A DNA stretch of 64,000 bases from an uncultured bacterium (GTDB lineage Bacteria > Verrucomicrobiota > Verrucomicrobiia > Limisphaerales > UBA8199), in assembly GCA_963749495.1 (NCBI GenBank), contig CAVVMW010000018.1, positions 352,001 through 416,000 of the forward strand, read 5' to 3'. Both the position numbers and the translations under genes were made by a program. Below, one piece after another: positions 58,915 through 64,000 of the stretch; within the stretch, counting starts at the first letter, position 1; each line of letters begins with the position of its first letter. The notes beneath the pieces are model-generated. The model worked only from the letters and a program-made list of their open reading frames with translations, had not been told where the DNA came from and did not search any database.

Positions 58915-59886
58915 ATGAATAATGACCCTTGGAGACCACGAAAGGTAGTCATTGTTGGCGCCGGTGCTGTAGGTTCCACTTTTGCCTACGCGCTGGCCCA
59001 GAGTGGTTTGGCCGATGTGATCGCCTTGCGCGATGCCAATCATGAACTGGCCATGGGACAGGTCCTCGATTTGGCTCATGGCCAGGCCTTTTTCCCTTCC
59101 GTCCAGATTCGTGAAGCCCAAGCAGCGGATTATGCCGATGCCCGCATGATTGTGATTACGGCCGGGGCCAAACAAAGGCCCGGCGAGTCCCGTCTGGATC
59201 TGCTGCAACGAAACGTCAAAATCATCCGCGATATTATGGACGAAATCGTGCTCCAGAATTCACCGGCAGTCGTTTTGATTGTCAGCAATCCGGTGGACAT
59301 CCTGACGTATTTCGCTCACAAGCGGTCCGGCTGGCCGCGTGGACGCATCATCGGGTCCGGCACCGTGCTGGATAGCGCGCGCTTCCGTCACTTGTTGAGC
59401 CAGCACTGCGGCGTGGATGTGCACAATGTCCATGCTTACATCCTGGGGGAACACGGCGACAGTGAGTTTGCCGCGTGGTCCATGACGAACATGGCCGGCA
59501 TGCCCATCGAACAATTTTGTCGCCTGTGTTTGAAATGCGACGATTGGCAGGCAGCCCGCCGCAAAGTCGCGGAGGAGGTAAAGCATTCCGCCTATCATAT
59601 CATTGATTACAAAGGGGCGACCTCGTTCGCTGTCGGCCTGGCCTTGACGCAAATTGCCGCGGCCATCTTGCGCAACCAACATGGTGTGCTCACCGTTTCA
59701 TCTGTGCTGGAAGGGGAATACGGCCTCCGGGGTGTGAGTTTGGGGGTTCCCTGCATTCTCTCCCGAACAGGCGTCGAAAAGGTATTGCAGGTTACTTTGC
59801 CACCCGACGAGCAGAGCGCTCTAGTGAAGTCCGCCGCCGTTTTGCGGGAAGCTATCGAACAGCTTGAGTTGACCGCCGCATCATAA
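58915..59886 (+). CDS. ldh: L-lactate dehydrogenase
   Basis: GAGAVG, TAGAKQRPGESRLDL, NPVDIL, GSGTVLDSARFR, GEHGDS. Confidence 0.93.
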   Translation: MNNDPWRPRKVVIVGAGAVGSTFAYALAQSGLADVIALRDANHELAMGQVLDLAHGQAFFPSVQIREAQAADYADARMIVITAGAKQRPGESRLDLLQRNVKIIRDIMDEIVLQNSPAVVLIVSNPVDILTYFAHKRSGWPRGRIIGSGTVLDSARFRHLLSQHCGVDVHNVHAYILGEHGDSEFAAWSMTNMAGMPIEQFCRLCLKCDDWQAARRKVAEEVKHSAYHIIDYKGATSFAVGLALTQIAAAILRNQHGVLTVSSVLEGEYGLRGVSLGVPCILSRTGVEKVLQVTLPPDEQSALVKSAAVLREAIEQLELTAAS

Positions 59887-60062
59887 ATCAACGAACATGT
59901 GCAAGACACATCATCCAAACCCAAGGCAATGATCCGCTCCTGAGCGGGAGCTCCCCGACGGAACCGATTGAGACACGCGCGGGCATCAGTTCCGGCGGCC
60001 AACGAAGCACACCGTCCACAAACCGCTCGTCGAAACAAAACTTGAGAAAGTGAAACCAAATC

Positions 60063-62345
60063 GTGAATACAAAACCCCGCTCCTACAAAGGCCTCTGGCT
60101 GAGCCTCATCGGCGTAATGGCCCTCTCCTTCCTTGTGCTCGGCTACTACGGCACGGAGATTTACCGCCAGGCGCCCCCCGTGCCCAAGCGCGTCGTAACG
60201 ACCGACGGCATGGTGCTGTTCACCGGCCAGGATATCAAAGACGGCCAGAATGTCTGGCAATCCATCGGCGGCGAAGAGGTAGGCACCGTCTGGGGCCACG
60301 GGGCCTATGTGGCGCCGGACTGGTCGGCCGATTGGCTCCATCGTGAATCTGTCTGGCTGCTCGACCACTGGGCGGCACAGTCCGGCGGCAAGACGTATGG
60401 GCAGCTCGCTCCCGAAATCCAGGCGGGGTTGAGGCAGCGTTTGAAGACGGAACTGCGCACCAACACCTACCGGGCGCAGACTGGCGATCTCGTGGTTTCT
60501 CCCGTCCGCGCTGCGGCGGTCAAGGCGGTGGCAGGGCATTACACTGCGCTTTTTGGGGATGATCCGGAGTTGAAGAAACTTCGTGATGCCTACGCGATTC
60601 CAGCCAATACCGTCAAAACCCCCGAGCGCCAGAAATTGCTGAACGCCTTTTTCTTCTGGGCCGCCTGGGCCTGCTCCACGGAACGCCCTGACAGCCAGGC
60701 CACCTACACTCAGAACTGGCCGCCTGAATCGCTCATCAACAACCGGCCAACCGGCTCGATCGTGGTTTGGTCCGTGATCAGCTTTGTGATTCTGCTGGCC
60801 GGGATCGGCGCGATGGTCTGGTATTTCGCGGCCCAGCGTCACGCCCAAGCGAGTGACGAACAGAACGTGCCGGAGACGGACCCGCTGCTCGGACTCAAGC
60901 CCACGGCGTCCATGAAGGCGACCTTGAAATACTTCTGGGTGGTAGCTGCCCTGATGGTGGTGCAAGTGGGCCTCGGTGCCGTGACCGCGCACTACGGCGT
61001 GGAAGGTGACGGCTTCTATGGCATCCCCCTCAGCAAATGGTTGCCCTACTCGGTGGCACGCACCTGGCACACCCAGATCGGCATCTTCTGGATTGCCACA
61101 GCGTGGCTGGCGACCGGCCTCTTTGTGGCGCCCGCCGTATCCGGTTACGAGCCGCGCGGGCAAAGGCTCGGCGTGAATGTCCTCTTCACTTGCCTGCTGG
61201 TCATTGTCGTTGGCTCGCTCGCCGGCGAGTGGCTGGGCGTGCAACAGAAGCTGGGCATGGCCTCCAATTTCTGGTTCGGTCACCAAGGCTACGAATACGT
61301 GGACCTTGGCCGATTCTGGCAGATATTCCTGTTCGCCGGATTGTTCATTTGGCTGGCGCTGATGGGCCGAGCTTTGTGGCCGGCATTCAGACAGCCCGGG
61401 CCTAACCGCCATTTGCTGGCGCTCTTCCTGGTCGCCTCGACGGCCATCGCTTTGTTCTACGGTGCGGGTTTGATGTGGGGCCGCCAAACGCACCTGGCCA
61501 TGGCGGAGTATTGGCGCTGGTGGGTGGTGCATTTGTGGGTGGAGGGCTTTTTCGAGGTCTTCGCCACGGTCGTGATCGCCTTCCTCTTCACTCGCATGGG
61601 CCTGCTTCAAACGGCCAGCGCGACTGCCGCCGTGATGTTCTCCACCGTGATCTTCCTGGCGGGCGGCATCCTTGGCACGTTCCACCATCTTTACTTCAGC
61701 GGAACGCCCACCGCCATTTTGGCGCTGGGCGCAACCTTCAGCGCGATGGAAGTGGTGCCGCTGGTTTTGATTGGTTTTGAGGGCTACGAGAATCTGACCC
61801 TCAGCCGTGCGCGTCCGTGGGTCGCGGCCTATAAATGGCCGATATTCTTCTTTGTGGCCGTGGCCTTTTGGAACCTGGTGGGCGCCGGTCTGTTTGGCTT
61901 TCTCATCAACCCACCCATCGCCCTTTACTATATGCAGGGCCTGAACACCACGCCCGTCCACGGCCACGCCGCCTTATTCGGCGTCTATGGCATGCTAGGC
62001 ATCGGCCTGATGCTGTTCTGCATGCGCGGGCTGACCCAGCACCGTGCGTGGAAATCCCGCACACTCTCCTTCAGCTTCTGGGCGATTAATGTCGGTCTGG
62101 TGTTGATGATCCTGCTAAGCCTGTTACCAGTGGGTCTGCTTCAGACTTGGGCCAGCGTGGAACACGGCATGTGGTATGCCCGCTCCGCCGAGTTCATGCA
62201 GACGCCGACAATGAATACGCTGCGCTGGCTCCGGGTCGTGGGCGATTCCATCTTCGCGCTGGGCGCGGTCGGCTTAGGGTGGTTCGTGCTCGGACTCAAA
62301 ACCGGTTGGTCGCTTGAAACCCGCCTACCAGCCATGGGAAAATGA
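60063..62345 (+). CDS. norB: Quinol-dependent nitric-oxide reductase (qNor)
   Basis: 760 aa; 'WGHGAYVAPDWSADWLHRE', 'RTWHTQ', 'QGYEYVDLGRFWQ', 'WWVVHLWVEGFFEVF', 'GTFHHLY', 'VHGHAALFGVYG'. Confidence 0.95.
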   Translation: MNTKPRSYKGLWLSLIGVMALSFLVLGYYGTEIYRQAPPVPKRVVTTDGMVLFTGQDIKDGQNVWQSIGGEEVGTVWGHGAYVAPDWSADWLHRESVWLLDHWAAQSGGKTYGQLAPEIQAGLRQRLKTELRTNTYRAQTGDLVVSPVRAAAVKAVAGHYTALFGDDPELKKLRDAYAIPANTVKTPERQKLLNAFFFWAAWACSTERPDSQATYTQNWPPESLINNRPTGSIVVWSVISFVILLAGIGAMVWYFAAQRHAQASDEQNVPETDPLLGLKPTASMKATLKYFWVVAALMVVQVGLGAVTAHYGVEGDGFYGIPLSKWLPYSVARTWHTQIGIFWIATAWLATGLFVAPAVSGYEPRGQRLGVNVLFTCLLVIVVGSLAGEWLGVQQKLGMASNFWFGHQGYEYVDLGRFWQIFLFAGLFIWLALMGRALWPAFRQPGPNRHLLALFLVASTAIALFYGAGLMWGRQTHLAMAEYWRWWVVHLWVEGFFEVFATVVIAFLFTRMGLLQTASATAAVMFSTVIFLAGGILGTFHHLYFSGTPTAILALGATFSAMEVVPLVLIGFEGYENLTLSRARPWVAAYKWPIFFFVAVAFWNLVGAGLFGFLINPPIALYYMQGLNTTPVHGHAALFGVYGMLGIGLMLFCMRGLTQHRAWKSRTLSFSFWAINVGLVLMILLSLLPVGLLQTWASVEHGMWYARSAEFMQTPTMNTLRWLRVVGDSIFALGAVGLGWFVLGLKTGWSLETRLPAMGK

Positions 62346-62468
62346 CGCGCAGGACGGCAATCAACGCCCCGACGTGCAACGTCCTCCTGGCGGCGAAGGC
62401 GGCCTTGGCGGTCCCGGCGGGGTGGGTGGTCAACCCGGGCAGGTTTGCCCGAATTACCCAACCGGAGG

Positions 62469-62605
62469 GCGGGCACCAAAACGGGCACCAACTGAGTAGG
62501 TTCTGGTAGGCGTCGGTAGTAGCTGATTAGGCTTGAGTAGTCCGGCAAATTGGGTAAATTTTACCTGCGATTGCGGCAAAAAACGGTCGATTCCCACCCT
62601 CGCCT
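62469..62605 (+). mobile_element. att-like junction 3
   Basis: Direct repeat of 55080-55216, ending in tcgattcccaccctcgcct (62587-62605). Confidence 0.7.
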
Positions 62606-62859
62606 TGAGCGCCAAAGTCAGCGGCCGAGTTCAACCTGGTAGCGGCAGTTTGAATTCTCTTTGCGGGGGCAGTGTTTGAGTATCTTGTCCGCCGTTCGAT
62701 GCCGGCAACCACGTCACGATCCCAATCGTGGCCACCAACGGAAGCGTGTTCTTCCGCTTGGTTCATCCGTAATGGGCCTGAATTCCCGTCCAGTCTTAAT
62801 GATGCCTTAAGGTTCCCTGGGACATGATTGCGGCTTGCTCGTGACAGGCTTGTGACGAA

Positions 62860-64000
62860 ATGATGGCTCAAATGTTTTCAGGAACCGCAACCCATCCGTC
62901 CGGCGGTGCTCCTGGCGTCAAGCGCCAGGCCCTGGCGACAGCGCTGGGCGCCCTCCTTTTGTTGGCGTTGCTAGGCGCCGCCTTCGCTCTGCAAAGGCTG
63001 GTTCCCGGCGCCGCCACCGCGGCGCGCCTTGAGCGTGTCCGGCTCTTCGGCCTGACGAACGTCTGGAAGATTCACCTGACCTTCACGCCCGACCAGTGGC
63101 AGGCCCTGGAGCCCAAAGGCGGCGGTGGTCCCTTTGGCGGCCCGGGCGGTCCGGGGCGGCCATTCGGCGGCCCGGGCGGTCCGGGCGGCCCAGGGGGACC
63201 GTTTGGCGGCCCAGGGGGACCGGGTGGTCCGGGCGGCTTTGGTCCGGGCGCAGAAATGGCCCCGGTTTTTTTGAGCCAGGGCGACTCCAATCATGATGGG
63301 CAACTCTCCCGTGCAGAATTCGAGGCGCTCAGTCAAAAATGGTTTGCCGCCTGGGACACCAACCAGACCGGCAAACTGGACGCTGCCAAAATCCGCGCCG
63401 GTCTCGATGCGGCGGTGGCCGCCGCCCGTGGCAATCGGCCGGAGGCTGCGGGGCCGGGCCCGCGAGGGGAATCCCCTCCCGCCCCCAAGGGCAACGGCAA
63501 CGGCTTTCCTACGGTCCACGCCGACCTGGACTTTGAGGGCATGAGCTTCCAGGACGTGTCGGTGCGTTACAAAGGCAACAACACTTACATGACTTCGCGC
63601 GACTCGCTCAAACGCCCGCTCAAGGTGGACTTGAATCGCGGATTCAAGGGGCGCCGGCTTGGCGGCGTGGCCAAGTTCAACCTCCATAACAATGTCAACG
63701 ATCCCGGCGGCATGAACGAGCCGCTCTCGTATCGCCTTTTTCGCGACGCCGGCGTGCCCGGCGGGCGGACGGCCTACGCACAGGTTTATTTCACGGTGCC
63801 CGGCAAATGCACCAACCAATACGTTGGCGTGTATTCCATCGTGGAGGACGTGGACAACGATTTCACGCGGTCGCGGTTCGGCACCAAGCGCGGGGCCTTG
63901 TTCAAGCCGGTGACGAGGCAATTGTTCGAAGACATGGGAAACAACTGGTCCGCTTACCAACGAGCCTACGATGCCAAGACGCCCGTGCTCGACCACGAAA
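62860..64000 (+). CDS. EF-hand/CotH kinase family protein, 3'-truncated by the window
   Basis: Not in the ORF track (no stop in window). ATG at 62860/62863/62872, TM helix, 'NVWKIHLTFTPDQWQALEP', GGPGG repeats, 'DSNHDGQLSRAEF', 'VRYKGNNT...KRPLKVDLN...LHNNVND...NEPLSYRLFRDAGVP'. Confidence 0.88.
   Translation, partial: MMAQMFSGTATHPSGGAPGVKRQALATALGALLLLALLGAAFALQRLVPGAATAARLERVRLFGLTNVWKIHLTFTPDQWQALEPKGGGGPFGGPGGPGRPFGGPGGPGGPGGPFGGPGGPGGPGGFGPGAEMAPVFLSQGDSNHDGQLSRAEFEALSQKWFAAWDTNQTGKLDAAKIRAGLDAAVAAARGNRPEAAGPGPRGESPPAPKGNGNGFPTVHADLDFEGMSFQDVSVRYKGNNTYMTSRDSLKRPLKVDLNRGFKGRRLGGVAKFNLHNNVNDPGGMNEPLSYRLFRDAGVPGGRTAYAQVYFTVPGKCTNQYVGVYSIVEDVDNDFTRSRFGTKRGALFKPVTRQLFEDMGNNWSAYQRAYDAKTPVLDHE

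Noticed and set aside
48401..62605. Intact tRNA genes at the CCA-like sites
   Set aside because: Only ~20 nt of 3' end is present; no D or anticodon arm can be folded upstream.
63120..63250. Collagen-like gene on the minus strand (63072..63290)
   Set aside because: It is the antisense reading of the GGPGGP linker within the CotH gene.

Overview
GC-rich bacterial DNA, most likely Verrucomicrobiota (inferred from protein families and intergenic repeat style). Positions 1-48 kb form a surface-protein export locus. It holds two giant secreted proteins: a 5'-truncated beta-helix/PA14/LamG protein ending in two dockerin-like domains, and a ~6,460-aa LEPR-xLL-leader protein. Between them lie a cohesin-like partner gene, a cyclophilin-Ig fusion gene, and a type-I-like secretion module with no ABC ATPase (TolC, two HlyD-type adaptors, an M50 peptidase-adaptor fusion and a short SecA-like ATPase). 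A patch of decayed toxin-antitoxin and IS remnants sits at 10.7-13.2 kb. Positions 48-64 kb look like stacked genomic-island debris, punctuated by three tRNA-3'-end/att-like junctions. This part carries an ECF sigma-CotH-DUF4956-VTC operon, phage and AAA fragments, a TetR-hemerythrin-ldh-qNor (NO reductase) cluster and a second CotH gene. Several long genes carry single-base frameshifts (sequencing error or decay cannot be separated here), and several operons appear collapsed by internal deletions. All family calls are from motif recognition by eye; no searches were run.
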